A DNA stretch of 64,000 nt from Chrysomallon squamiferum (GCA_012295275.1 CM022665.1:5704001-5768000), one strand, 5' to 3'. Positions 1 through 33,190 are shown, counted from the stretch's first letter. Notes: a model not told the origin generated them from the sequence alone. A program made the numbers and translations.

Positions 1-8
1 TATCATAA

Positions 9-40
<32 letters not shown>

Positions 41-46
41 CTCTAG

Positions 47-16199
<16,153 letters not shown>

Positions 16200-16697
16200 A
16201 AGATGTCAAACCAAAATGTTCAAGATTATTTTTGCAGTTTTCAATACATTACTAAATGATCAAATATTGAACTGAATATATTGAAGAATTAGACAGAAAA
16301 AAATGCTCAATATTGTGTTTTACAAACATAACTCAGCATGTTGCTGCTACCTTTGAATTAGTACAAGACCACCGATAGATTTATCATATATTTTTTGAAA
16401 ATACATGTACTAGTACAGAAGGGTGTGGATACAGATTCAGGCCAGTACATTTCTATGTTAGTATTAAGTAATTAATTTTAACTTGATCCCTATTTTATAC
16501 ATACAGAGCTGTTTTTTGGCAATTATTTTATCACTAGTTGAAATTTCAGTTATAAATGAATGTGTGATTTTTAGCATAAAATTGTGAGTATATGTGGATA
16601 ATCTTGCAAGCTAATGTCTCATGGTCAGTGCACTGAATTTACAATAACCAAATACATGTAAATATTAATATTTATTCATCAATATAGACAACTACAT

Positions 16698-17043
16698 TGT
16701 GTGACTGTCAGTACAGACCTTACACTACACAATTACAATATGTGACTGTCAGCATATTCTTACACTACACAATTAAAAGTGTGACTGTCAGTATAGACAT
16801 TACACTACACAATTAAAATGTGTGACTGTCAGCATATACATTATACTACACAATTACAATGTGTAACTCAGTACAGACATTACACTACACAATTACAATG
16901 TGTAACTTGGTACAGACATTACACTACACAATTACAATGTGTGACTGTCAGCATGGTCATTACACTACATAATTACAACGTGTGACTGTCAGTATAGACA
17001 TTACACTACACAATTACAATATACATTACACTATACAATTACA
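16698..17043. repeat. Minisatellite, ~40-bp unit x ~8.5 (GTGTGACTGTCAGTACAGACATTACACTACACAATTACAAT)
   Basis: Directly visible tandem copies of 39-41 bp. Confidence 0.95.
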
Positions 17044-19696
17044 GCCTATGTCTGTCCAAATGTTTATCCCACCAAATTTATTATCCACCACATATTGATA
17101 AAAGTGATTATGTCAAAAGCTTAATAGTCTGAATGTAATTTTTAAAAATATAAAATATTTAGAATATTTTAGTTACAAAATTAAAAATGTTTAGCATTTT
17201 ACATCTTTTAGATAGGAAATGATCTGATATTGTTAATACAAAAATACCACTGTTGGAAATGTTAGATGTCTTTGTTAAACAAGCTGAACTATGTTACTAT
17301 AAATGTATTACATTAAGGCTCCTGACATTTTTAAGCATCTATTAAATTAAGATTCCACAAAATGTCATAAACTGATTACATTAAAATATCAATTATTTTA
17401 TTAAAACCTCAAATTATCAAAGATCTGTTCCATTAAAGTATTCAAGATTATCATAACTACTTCATTATCCAAGTAAAACATTATCAAATTATTTGATTAT
17501 TATATAAAACTGATAAAACAAAACATTCCTTACATCGTCAAGTACTGATAATTTATTTTGTATTCAGCTCCTCACTTGTCTCCACATCATGATTAAACTT
17601 GTTTTATATTTTTGGAAATTTTACCACATATGTGTTGTTGGTGCTTGTTGGAACTGAAAAAAAAAAAAAGAAGTAATATCTATAATTATATATATATCCA
17701 TATATGTATATAATGTAGTATCAGTAATATCTGTTACCATCTATGATGGTGTTGAATACTCACTGGTGTAACACCTGCTGGTGTGATATATGTATATATT
17801 TTAGACTTTAGAGTGAGATTACTCTGTTAATTAATGTACTTAAGAAGAGAGATTCTGAATACTCAAAAGGTGAATCTACTGGTTGTGATTTTTGTATGTG
17901 CATTTATATTACTTTATATAAATATATGTCTCTGTCTCTCTGCCTTAAGTGAAAACAAAAATACACAACTGAGTAAAAATGTGAAATACTGAATATCAAG
18001 ATACAAATAATATATATATATTATATATATATCTATATTACATATTATATAAATATACAGCACTGATGCCACAAACTTAATTTTAATGTTGTTTTTAATT
18101 ACTATCATATTTTATATTATTACTGTACATAGATACAAATTTTTGACTGTATATTTTGAAACTTTTATGCTGTTTTTAAAACATTACCAATTGATTTTAA
18201 GCACATATTTTATTCATATTTGTGATATTTTATCTGTCTTTGAATGTAATATAAAATGTATTATTTCTGTGTATGGTTTAGTGTTCTTGAGTTTTTGGTT
18301 TTGTAGCTTAGTTATATGTGTTGAATAATACAAATTTTGTTATTAACTGTTTTTTTTTTTCTTTTTCTGTTATAAAAACATAATTGGTAGAGGTCTCTGA
18401 AAAAAAACATGTCTTGGTAACAATCTTAAATGTTTAAAATATATATCTAAAACATATGTTTTAAAAAAAAAAAAAAAAAAATAAAACTTAGTAAATGTGT
18501 AAATAAAATGTCTTTGTAAATATTTAAAATAAAATGTCTCTGTAAAAGTTTAAAATAAAACTAATCTTAATAAATTATCATAAATAAAATATCTTGGTAA
18601 AAGAAATATCTAAAACCAGAGGCAAACTTAAATAAATACCTGAGACAAAAAGTATAATTAAATTAAAGGTCTCACTTACTTTGTTCACATTTATCATTCA
18701 TTTTTTTTATGCTAGTCAGCAAACTTTTATACATAAGTAGTATAAGCTGAATTTACAAAACCTGCATTGATCTTAAATAACAGTAGCTATATATTTACTA
18801 TATTTAAAACACCAGATTTTAAGATATAAAGGCTTTGTAAATTTGGCCCAAGTTTTTAAACTGCAATATTTATTATGACTATAGATTTTATACATTTATG
18901 TTGGGCATTTAGAAATTAAGAGCTGAGTTTATATTATATATAATAGTCAGTAATCTAGACTATTTGCAGGTTTTTTTTCTTTGTATTTTTAGTTACAGAG
19001 TATTTTGTGTTCTATAAAACCCTGAAAAAAAAAATGTCTTAGTTGTAATATGTATGTTTAAAACAGTTATTCATAAAGAATTATAAAAAAAAAAAAAAAA
19101 AAAATAATAATAAAAAAGGAAAATTAAATCTCATATAGGACTCTGATGTATTACAATACAGAACAGTGTAATAATAGCAAGTAAAATAATTAAATATAAA
19201 ATCTTGTTCCATATGTTTTAATTCAAAAATTCTTGCATAACTTAAACTGTTTATCAAAAATATTCATATTTGTACATTTACATATTGTATGAATTAATTT
19301 AATTAACCTTTTTTTAAAATTAATAATTATAAGTGAATTTAAAAAATACAATCATGATATTCCACATCTATTACTCCATGTACATTACTGTTTTCATTAT
19401 TTCCCTAATAATTATTTTTATTTTTCATAAACATTTTCAATAATATTTTTACAACAATACTCAAACCTTTTTTCTACATTCCTAATTATAAACCATCTGT
19501 AAGTTATTAAAATTATCTCATCAAAACTATCACTATCTTTTTCCATTTGGAGATCACATCTTTTAATCTCTTCTTTTACTTCGAAAAATTATATTTTATA
19601 GCCCTAAAAATCATGTGGATCACACTGAAATTTTTAATTTGTTTTAATATGAAATCTTAAAGATTAATGAATGCAGATGAGAAAATAAATTGTTAT

Positions 19697-19729
<33 letters not shown>

Positions 19730-21131
19730 TAGGAAAACTAAAAAGTTAACAAATTTCTAAAGATGATGTTCAAAATTTTGCTAACTTTGTAATGGAAAGA
19801 TAAATTCTTAAATATATAACTCCTTTTTAACCATAGAAATTTCTGTAATATGGTAATAAATATTTAATTTTTTATTTATTTATAATTATTATTATTATAG
19901 CTGGTTTTGGATGCATGAAAGTTTACTCCAAAGAATAACGAAAAAGGTGTATATTAACAAATTTGGCAATTACACTGTAAATTTGTTCAATGTTTCTATT
20001 CAGTTTATTTTATATACTTTAATAATGCAAGATAGCAAATTCACTATGAATTCATTTATTGTTAATAGCTTATGCATTTTATAATATATTGCAAATAGAT
20101 ATTCTGTGATGTTTCTCCACTATGCAATTTCAGAAGTTAAGATTTGATACAAAGATTTTGTCTACACTTCAAATGGGTACATAATTATTTAACTTTACCC
20201 ATTTATACATACATACATCCTATACACACACACACACACGCACGCACAAAAGCAGAATGCATTACACTCTGAGGCACACAAAAAGATAAAAAAGTATCCA
20301 TTTAAAGTTAAACAATGGGTTTAAGTTTAACAGTTATCTTTACTATTATTAGGATGATTAGTATATTAATTGAAGATAATTTTCTGATAAAATAATAACA
20401 TTTCTGCTTGAATTTTAAGCTGATTTTATTATTATTATTGGTGTTTTATTTAAAAAATAAAATAAAAATCTTTATTTAATTATTTATTACAGATTGAATT
20501 TTTAAAACTTTAGTCATGCATTCCATGTTATATCTTTATCTTATCTAAAACAAATGTTTTCAAAATACTGTCACAAAAAGAAGGATCTCTATTTTATACC
20601 GCATAAACAAATCTTTATTAACTATACGTTATTTCTTGTTCAATAATAATAATACTGTCTTCAAATAAATAAAATATCAGGATTTTGTTGTCTCAAGAAA
20701 CCAATATGGCACATCAAAATAGATCTACTTAATGTTAATATGTATATGTATACTAAACATACACCAAGTATATTTTGTCATTTTTACATAAGCTTATGGA
20801 AAATAGCTTGGTGATAAAATAATAAATATTTTAAATCGTTTTAATGAAAATATTTAATATATATTACTGTTATATATCGCAGTGTAGATTATGCATTAGC
20901 AATATTAATATTTGTACCTGGAGATAACTGTTAAATGCTTATGTATACACAAAATATTCTGTTACTTGTGTGAATGCAAGTATCACTGAAATTCATATAT
21001 ATTTCTCATTGTTTGTTAACATGTGAGATAAAATGAAATATATTGTTATGAGTTTTATTTTAATTTGGGGAATGAAAGTTTTTTTTTTTTTTTTTTTAAT
21101 TATAGCAAATGTATAGTAACGTATTTTTCTG

Positions 21132-21137
21132 AATAAA
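21132..21137 (+). terminator. Candidate polyadenylation signal AATAAA
   Basis: Last AATAAA before the CpG-poor to CpG-rich transition; downstream U/GU-rich element. Confidence 0.4.
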
Positions 21138-22393
21138 CTACAAAATCAACATTACATCTTTGTTTTAATTTTATATATATAAGACTGATTTCTTTAAAAA
21201 AAAAATTAAAAAATTAATATGAACATCAACATGAATACTAAAATACAATGAATTCGATTAATTTGTTACCTCGTCTTTGTAAGAAATGTTAAACGAGTTA
21301 TTCCCCTTTTTAAGTTAATTCCACCGATTTGTTTCATGTCTTACAAAAACAATATCAGCCTTAAATTATCTGACTTCTATAAAATTCTGATTGCCCAGAA
21401 TATTGTCGTTTGTGATAATTTCAATGAATTAATCCGAAGACAGATATTTTTACTTTTTAAATTGGTTTATGGTGTTATCGATAAACTTCTGAAAGTTTGG
21501 GAAGGTAGTTAATAAAAGTTCATAGAAATTATAAAAAAAATGTGGTCTTTTCCGTTCGATTATTGCCCATTTGTGGACTACGTATACATAAATATGGTCT
21601 GAAAAATCGTTAATTTTTAAATTAGTTTGTAAGCCCGTTCCAACTAACTGCCCATTATTTGCATATCAAAGATCATGATATACACTTCTGTTCCGTTACA
21701 TTTCAGGCAATGATGATGATTATTATTGTTTTAAAGTAAGAGTAACCCTTGAAGTGGCGCCTATCAAATTATTGTCTCAGTCTTTTTAGTAGTAGTAGTA
21801 ATAATAATAAGAAAGAAATTAATCATATGACCTGCTAAAGTTATTTTCAAAATAAACTGATGTATCATGTGACCTTAACAAAATTCGTTCATTTTTCGTT
21901 CATTCTATTGCCTCAGTCACTCTTTCATTCATTCGTCCGTTCAGAGTATACGTTTGTTCATTATCCAGATCACTCACCGATAAAACAAACTCTCACTGTA
22001 AATTACTCTAATAACAAACAAACCATAGTTTAAAAATATGTCCCCCAAAATACAAAGACAGACAATAAGATCCCGGACGGGCGGCCATGTAGGTCTTTTA
22101 AATTGTGAAACAATATACATGTAATTACTGTTTATTTTCTTCACCACATTCCTCGCGGCTGTAAATCAAACCAATTCTGGACGAAGTATTTTCTGGAATG
22201 TAGGTACGTCAACAACATGAATTATCGTTAAGCCCATCCTGTGACCAGTGAGTGGCCCATTCCGTTTCGTTTTGGTTTATAGGCGGAAGATTTTCATTTA
22301 GTATGTATTTTTTATTATTATTTTTTTTTTTTTTGGCCTTCTGTTTTTGTTTTTAATTTTGTTTTTATTTTTTACCCTTTTCTTTATTTTTGC

Positions 22394-22431
<38 letters not shown>

Positions 22432-24943
22432 TTTTTTTTTTTTTTATTATTTTATTTTACTTTTATTCCTCTTTTTTTTTTTTTTCTGTGTGTGTTTTTT
22501 GGCAATGGTCTAAGATTATTATTATTACCAAATACTTTTCATCGTCTGAATATTTTATTATGCATATAATCAATATATAGGCCCATAATATATTTATAAC
22601 ATTATTCTAAATATATAATATTTTCACTATCCTAATTCTTTATGACTGTCAGCTGCATTGTGTTTTGATTTATACGCCACAAAATAAGGGATTTTGTTAC
22701 TATAATGTAATCATCTACAACCATGGTATACCATCTGATGATTTTATACGCACCTACAAAACGGATACTACGACACTGATAAGGATCTTCCCTAGTTTCA
22801 TTTTCTGTTTTTTTTTGTTGTTTTTTTCTTCTTCTTTTTGTCTGCATTATTCAGGGTCTTTATTACACAAATGTTGGTATTGTTTATTGTTGAAAATTTT
22901 ATTCCGATTGTTTTCTAATCTCCTTCTCTCTTACACAAACCGGCGGGTCAGGCATTTTTTACAGGGAAAGAACAAACACACCCAACGACTATATAATAAC
23001 GAGTATCAAAAATGCCGAAATGAGAAGGTAAACCCCATAAACACCGATTCCTAGATCTGAGCTTCCTACTTGTATATGATAATAATATTATTAGCTTATG
23101 GATTATGCTTTTGTTTCAAGGTTTTAACAGGATTTTATTGTTAAAAAATGTTCCAAGAGTTTTAAATTTTATTGTTTCATTATATTTTCCTTGTCGGTTA
23201 CATCATACTTTCTCCCGTACATCATCGAAGTCCATACTCCATCATCCTTGTCGTAAAAAATAAAAATACCAATATCTAGATATTATCTATGTTTTCATTA
23301 TTATGGGTATTATATTCATATTGTTGATATTTATGCTCAGTATTAACCCTTAATATAATAGAAAGTATTAACTAGTAGTGGGTGCAATAATATTAATACT
23401 ACTACAGGCAGCAGTAACAAAAGTCGGGTAATAATACTTCAACTGCTGCAGAAGTAGTATTGTTAACAGTAATTAATCTGTTAAAAAGTGGTAATTAAAG
23501 GTAATATATATGTATATATAAAGGAAAGAATAAAAAGAAAATGAAAGATACATAGAAAGAAAAAGAAAGATCGAAAGAAAGAAACGAAAGAAAAAAGAAA
23601 GAAAGAAAGAAAATAAAAACATACACAATTTTTTTTTTTTTTTTTTTAATTAAAAAAATAACCACAAAAAACACGTAGAAAAGACCAGCAACTAGATACA
23701 AATGAATAAATCAAGCACTATGTAGCAATGACCTTCATGACCTTTTATTCCGTATCACTCTATATACCACATAAAAGTAATGGTTTTGGCCTTGAAAATG
23801 TGTGAAGCACAATTATAGTATCTTACCTTCTAAAAAAGCTCAAATTACAACCGACATTCTTTCTTATTTCTTTTTTCCCAGATCGATCTATGAGATTTTC
23901 AAATTTTTATATCATTTTTTTATGGTCAGACGAACACTTCACGTCTGCTGCGAATGGTCACGTGCTACAGTGATGGGTACATATATCAGATAGGCAGACA
24001 TGTGAATCGGGCCACGGTGAATGCGGATTACAGGTGAAAGGTATGGGTTTTGTAGGATTAGTTTGCACCTTCCTAAATTACACGCTTCTGGGTTATCTAC
24101 ATTCTTTATTTCATGTGACAATGTCCGTGCGGCATTAGATATGTATCTCACAGGCCGTTGTCATTTTTATGGGCGAAAAGTGTGTGTTTCTGTCAAACTG
24201 TGTCTTTTCGTTTGTACGTGTGTTTTGTGTGTCTGTCACAGAATGAAGGAAATAATGTGAAAGCTAGATCTGAAAGATGAAAAATGGAAAGGAATAAAAC
24301 AGGAGCAGAGAGAAATGATTTAATGAACGTTTTTACAAAACTTCTAGACATGTTTATAGTAACTGTTATTTTAACCAAATGCAATGGGTATTTTTTTCTT
24401 CTTCTTTATTTCCTTTTTTCCTTTTTTTTTTTTTTTTTCTTTTATTATTTTTTCCTTTTCTTTTGAGAAATGATAATGGAAGCTGAATCCCATTATTGAA
24501 ACTATATGAGCTTCTGTTTTCGATTAGAAGCAAGATTTTTAATTTTTTAATTTTTTTTTTTTTTTAATTTTGTACCACTCTGTCGATTTACATATTCATT
24601 TATCTATTCATACATATGTAAATTTATTTATTTCCTAAATGTTCCTAGTTCTGTTTTTTATGGGTTGACTTTAATTTAAATTAACGCTATAATTATTAAC
24701 TCAATTACTTTTGTTAAATGTTACCTACCGATACTCAGTATTAATAGTTATTCATTTATGTAATCACGGTATGAGAGTAAAAATGAAGTTTTGTCGGTGA
24801 TGATGAAAGTGTTGGTAGGGGTTTTATTATTTATTTATTTATTTATTTATTTTATTTTATTTTATTTTATTTTATTTTATTTTATTATTATTATTATTTT
24901 TTTTTTTTTCCAATACGATTTATAATTAATATTTTTTTTTTCC

Positions 24944-24996
<53 letters not shown>

Positions 24997-25899
24997 TAAT
25001 AATAATAATAAAATAAAATAAAATAAAAAAACATCACTTCAGCCCCTGCATAATCACACTTCTTCGGACAGGAATGTTCAATAGTTGGAACGAGAAAGAG
25101 CGCAAAGGTCGCACTGGAAAAGGATTGAAACGGCGATTCCTAGCTCTTCAGGAGTAGTATAATAAAAATAAAAAAAATGCAGAAAGACAAACGTTTTTAT
25201 TTGAATAAGGGCTTTACTGTCATCTGGATGACGAAATAATTCGCTAGTTATTATTTCATCAGATATCAAAACAGCACACAGACTTACATACATAGAAAAA
25301 AAAAAAAAATAATAATAATAGGCAATGACTGCTCAACAAACAAACGAATTTACATAACCAAGAAAATAATAAATAAATAATAATAGTTTATATATAAATA
25401 TATATATTTATATATAAACAACCGAGAAATAAACTAAGAAAACACAAAAAACAAACAGGATATCCATGACAAGGAAATCACGTAGTGTCACGCCAGGGGT
25501 CGCTAAATGTTAATTTTGTTTTTCTGGTTAGAAGGAGGAAGCCGTTTGCCATCTCACGTTTACCTCATTGTGTTTCTGTCGTTTTACATCAGGGTCATAA
25601 GAACCCATTAACATTACTCCTTACAGGTGTGTCTTATAAAATGTTTTCACTTAGCCTGTATTCATGACATCGTAGTGTTAACCAGAAGAGAAATGAATGC
25701 CCTCTTAGCTTTCAGAATAGCGAAATCATTTATTATTGTTAGTTTTTTTTTTTTTTTTCTTTTTTTTTCAGCTATTGAAATTCAGATGTTAAGTCACCTG
25801 GAAAATTATTTCAAGCCTTCAAAGAATTCTAACGGTACTTTATCTTTATAATGTTACGCCAAGTATTGCTTGCAATATGAGAACACAGTGCAATGGTTA

Positions 25900-26330
25900 T
25901 CATGTTGATAATGCAACCCTGTATTGCATTACGTGTCTTGGTAATAATGTAAGGATGAATGTGCTGATAATGTAAACATAATATTATGCAATACGTGTCT
26001 TGTTAAAAATACTAAATCTGTTGGTAAGACGATCATACTGTAACGGTAAATGCATTTGATAATGCAGTCATAATGTTACATACAGTAAATGTCTTAAAAA
26101 TATAAAGGTAATGCAACTGAGTATATCTTGATAAAGTAACAGAGAATGTGTTGATAACATAACAGTACTTATCTTGATAATGTAACTCTTAGTGTGTTGA
26201 TAATGTAACCATAAAATTACAGCATGTGTCTTGATAATGTAATTTTACTAATATTGATAATGTGAAGGTAAATATGTTGATAGTGGAATGTAACCACAGT
26301 GTACCTGTAGCTGTCGTGATAATGTAGTCA
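25900..26330. repeat. Degenerate tandem repeat with core (T)TGATAATGTAA
   Basis: About a dozen recognisable copies at 20-35 bp spacing. Confidence 0.7.
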
Positions 26331-26728
26331 AAATGATGTGTACAGAAGTAAACCTGCATTAAGAACAATTATTAACTATTTATAGTGCATTCTGCTACTT
26401 GGTGCTTTCATTCACTTGATCTAGATGAACACGTATGTCAGACAAAATGTCAGACAAAATTAGAGTTTTAGCTTAAGGCCACTTGCTTTTATTTTATCTT
26501 TGCCCACCTACCTTCCTGGTCCTTGCATATTTTACTCGAAAAATATTATTTTTGTTTTCCCTTAGGGAATTATTTTCTATTCTTCTTATTCTTCTTCTTC
26601 TGTTTTTTTTTTTTTTTTTTTTCTCTTTCTCACCTCCCGTTTCTCTGGCCCTTTCTCTCCTCCCTCTTTCTCTCTTTCTCTTTCTCTCTCTCTTAATTTG
26701 TATGTACCAAAACAAAACACAACACACA

Positions 26729-26776
<48 letters not shown>

Positions 26777-27090
26777 AATAAATAAATAAATTAATTAATT
26801 AAATAAAAAAAAATAATAATAATACAAAAATGAAAGCAAAATAATGTTAATTCTGGAAACACGTTTTGTGAATGAATATCGTATTACATTTGCACGTCTA
26901 AGATTATTTTAAATTCATAATGATCTTTGTACGTGAGGATTATGTTAACTGAATCCAGCATGTAATATGCAACTCACGCATAATTATAAAATAAAGTATT
27001 TTACTAACGTTTAAAACAACATCTAAAATTTCTGTCACTTTGTGAGCTCAATAAAAAAGAGGTCTAAATATAATCATAATTTCACCTAGA

Positions 27091-27230
<140 letters not shown>

Positions 27231-27602
27231 CACGCGAACGCGCGCACATTGCTACTACATACAGTATTGTTTACATGTTTTCGCAGTTACAGTAAGGACA
27301 ATATATTAAACTAAATTTCTGGCAAAACATTTCAGTTAAAGAAGGCTTTAGATATGTCACATTGCGATATAAACAAATACCGCACCGACAGACCCGTGTG
27401 TATTAACGCAATTAGCCACGTTATTAACGGATGATATTGTACAAGCGACTGTCAACCGTGTTATTAGTGTCTCGTGCTTGTTTTAACTCATCTAGCGTGG
27501 GAAACCGCGCACGAAACAATAACTAACCAAACAGTTAAGAACAGTAAATTACAGCTGGCCAACTTTTTTTTGTTTACCACATTTTTGTTGTAGTGTTTTA
27601 GT

Positions 27603-27605
<3 letters not shown>

Positions 27606-27683
<78 letters not shown>
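27606..27683. repeat. (GA)n microsatellite
   Basis: Perfect dinucleotide run. Confidence 0.98.
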
Positions 27684-27686
<3 letters not shown>

Positions 27687-28409
27687 TTAAATATTTAAAT
27701 ATTTAAATATCTCTCTCCTCTCTCTCTTAGAACTTTAAAAAATATTCATTTATTCATTCATTCATACATTTTAGAAGAACATATTTTTTTTTTTTTTTTT
27801 TTTTTTAAATCGGTTACTGCGAAGAAGCAAAATTAGTACTGTTTATCTCGGTGACATTTAAATATTCGGCGTATTTTTTGCAGGAATTTGAAACTGACTT
27901 TTATGAGGCAGAGTGTAGGATGAACGTAGGTAGTCGATATCGTCAATCCCCAAATATTTCACATAGGTTAAAAACACACCAACTTTTTTTCCCCTTCTTT
28001 TGTCCTCTCTCTCTACTTATTCTGCTTCTTCTGTTAAAGGCTCCTTCACACTGTACCATAAATTGTACCGACTTTTACTATATGATTACATTATGCTGTG
28101 CGAATAACCAAAGCGCAAGAAATAATTCAGTCGTATAAGACAAGTCGCCCCTTTAGAACCTGAAGGATCAATAACGGAGACACTAAATATTAATAATGTC
28201 AAACTGTGAAAAACTTAACAGCTAATATCGTGTTCAAACAACCATTCCCGAAATGTGGAATAAACTGCCAGTATAAACATGATTGTTTTGTCCGGTTAAG
28301 TACAGTGTGAAGATCGGCACTGTGGTGTGAAAAATCACAGATTTAAAACGTTGTGTTTTGTATGGTGATAATAGTGTTGACGTTAACATAATGTCATCTT
28401 TATTTTAAA

Positions 28410-30628
<2,219 letters not shown>

Positions 30629-31981
30629 GATACTTTATTCTACTATCTCTTATTCTGTACTCTCTATTTTTCTACACATTTATTCACCCCCACTTTTTTT
30701 TCATTTTTTTTTTTCAAGTCATTTATTTAATTTATTTTTCGTTAGTAGTATATGTAACATTATAACATCCCTAGCATTTGTTGGAGAACATAGAAAAATA
30801 ATAAAAAGCTCGTAATGGCGAAACATATTACCTTCGTAAGCAATAAAACAAATTTTAATCACTGAGGCTTAACTTGGAGAGGATTTGTCCAGAAAGAAAT
30901 GTCTTTTATTTACGGTAAATGTCACTAAAAATCACATTAGTCTTTCTTCACGCAAGCTTGGTCTTTTCAAGCTAATTTTTCAGTGTGAGAAAACGTGACA
31001 GAAAGACAAATCCTGATCCACAAACTCGCTGTGCGGCTCGTGTTTTCTGTTCAGAACAGAAACTGCAGTCTGTGTCTCGTTTATTTGTTTTGTATGTTTG
31101 TTTGTTTATTTGTTTGCTTTTGCTTTCTTTTAGAATGGTAATTATATTTTTGCAGCTTTCCTTTCAGAACTGTAGGTTTACGCTAGAGTTCATGTTTTCT
31201 GTTTTGAATGGCAATTATAATTTAGTGTTTTTTTTTTTTTTTAAATTTTAATGTTGTCTGCACTTTTTCTTTCTTTGTTTCTTTTCACTTTTCTTTTCCC
31301 TTTAAAAAAAAAAAATAAAAAAAAAAATAAAAACTATAATGGTGATTCTATTCTTGAACTCGTTTTTTATTTTAAAACGATAACATCTAGAGCTCAAACT
31401 TTTCTATTTAAAGGAAACTTTAGTCTAAAGTTTCCAATTTTGTTGATCAGTTTAGTCTTGAGCTCATGGTTTGTTTGTTTGTTTGTTGTTTTTTTTTGTT
31501 GTTTTTTATATGGCGGTGGTGGTTGTTTTTTAAAGTTTTTTTTTTTTTTTTTTTTTCAGAATTGTATTTGTAGTTTAAAGATTATGTTTTAATTTTTTAA
31601 AAGGTAAGGGCTGAAATATTTAGAATTTTTCTTTTTGTTGTTGTTGTTTTGAATTTTAAAAGTAAATGTATTTCCAAGTTTTAATGTTATTTTTCCGAAT
31701 TTTTTCTTGACAGATCTAGATCAGATTTAACCATTTTTGTTTACACCAGTCATTAGCAGTTTGTCGTTATTATAAATACCTTTCAGCTCTCCCAAAATTA
31801 TTAATTTAATAATCATAAGGCTAATCTTTATTTCTGAGTGTGTGTGGTGTGTGTGTATAATAGGTGTGTATCTATGTAGGTACGTATGTATGTAAGTAAC
31901 TATGTGTGGGTATGTGTGTGTGTGTGTGATGAATTTATGTGTGTGAATATATATCGGTATGTATGTACTTACGTATGAGTG

Positions 31982-32014
<33 letters not shown>

Positions 32015-32247
32015 GTAAATACGTGTACATGTGTGTGCTCTGGTGTCTATATATGTGTCAATGAAGAAATGAGAAACTGCATTTATGAGTATTTACTATA
32101 TGTATATCCAGTACCTTAACACAAGTATCTCAATATGGCTATTAATAAAGATACAAAAATAAGCTAAATATTTGTCACACGTCAAGGTCATTAAACCAAA
32201 AAATTACAAAATTTCGACACTGTAATTAATATATAACCACCGCTCTA

Positions 32248-32291
<44 letters not shown>

Positions 32292-32842
32292 GCTTTTAAG
32301 CCAAACTCGAACTTGCAGGAAACTGTAACACAATCTTTGAAAAAAAAAAAAAAAAAAAAAAAAACATTTCTCTGAGACCCACCCCACGAAATAGAAAAAT
32401 ATCATACGCTAGGAATACTTGCTATTATAACTTATGTGTTCTGACCACACTATCTTACGTGATGAATCTGGGTCAGAGAGATAGGCGGAATGCCTCGCGG
32501 GCCCCTGTTAACATATCTCGAATACTTCGAGGACATTGAAAAGGCGAAAAGACTTGTATGTACATTTATTAATTTAGCGCGACCCGGGAACACCCGTGTG
32601 GCGCCAGAGAGCACGAGGCCAAGAGGAGATAATGAGACAGGTTATCGCCACGTCACATCCTATCCTGCTCATGAATAAATATTAATTAAAACCGCGATCG
32701 AAAACATTTTGGTGTAAAAATAAAGTCAGTTTGGTAGCGTTTAGTGCTGTTTTTGTGCATAATGTTGGTCAGGTGTTGTTTGGTGTTTGGTAGCTGTTGA
32801 TGCGCCATAGAAAATATAATGATGTAAAAACAAACTATGTAA

Positions 32843-32892
<50 letters not shown>

Positions 32893-33190
32893 CAAATAAA
32901 TAAATAAATAACAGCAATAGCAATAGCAGCAACAACAATGGTTAGAAAAAGAAAGAAAGAAAGAAAGAAAGTTTCTATTTCCAGTTACTTAATTATTATT
33001 ATTAAAAAATAATGAGCTTAGCATAATTAAAAAAAAATAATAATAATAAATTCACAAATGGGACACTTCAAAACAATTTTATTATTAATGATTGTTTGCT
33101 TTCATATATATATTTGTGTACAATGATATATGAAAGAGAACATATCGTATGAAATCACAGTTTGGTTTAATTATTCACATTAGTTAACAC

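Larger units (their letters stand above)
16200..21160 (+). other. Probable long 3' UTR of the RPTP gene
   Basis: CpG depletion continues to ~21.2 kb. AATAAA at 21132-21137 is followed by a T-rich tract (ctttgttttaatttt). Several earlier AATAAA hexamers exist, so the end is uncertain. Confidence 0.45.

Noticed and set aside
16698-17043. CRISPR-like array
   Set aside because: Contiguous tandem units without unique spacers, in eukaryotic DNA with no cas genes
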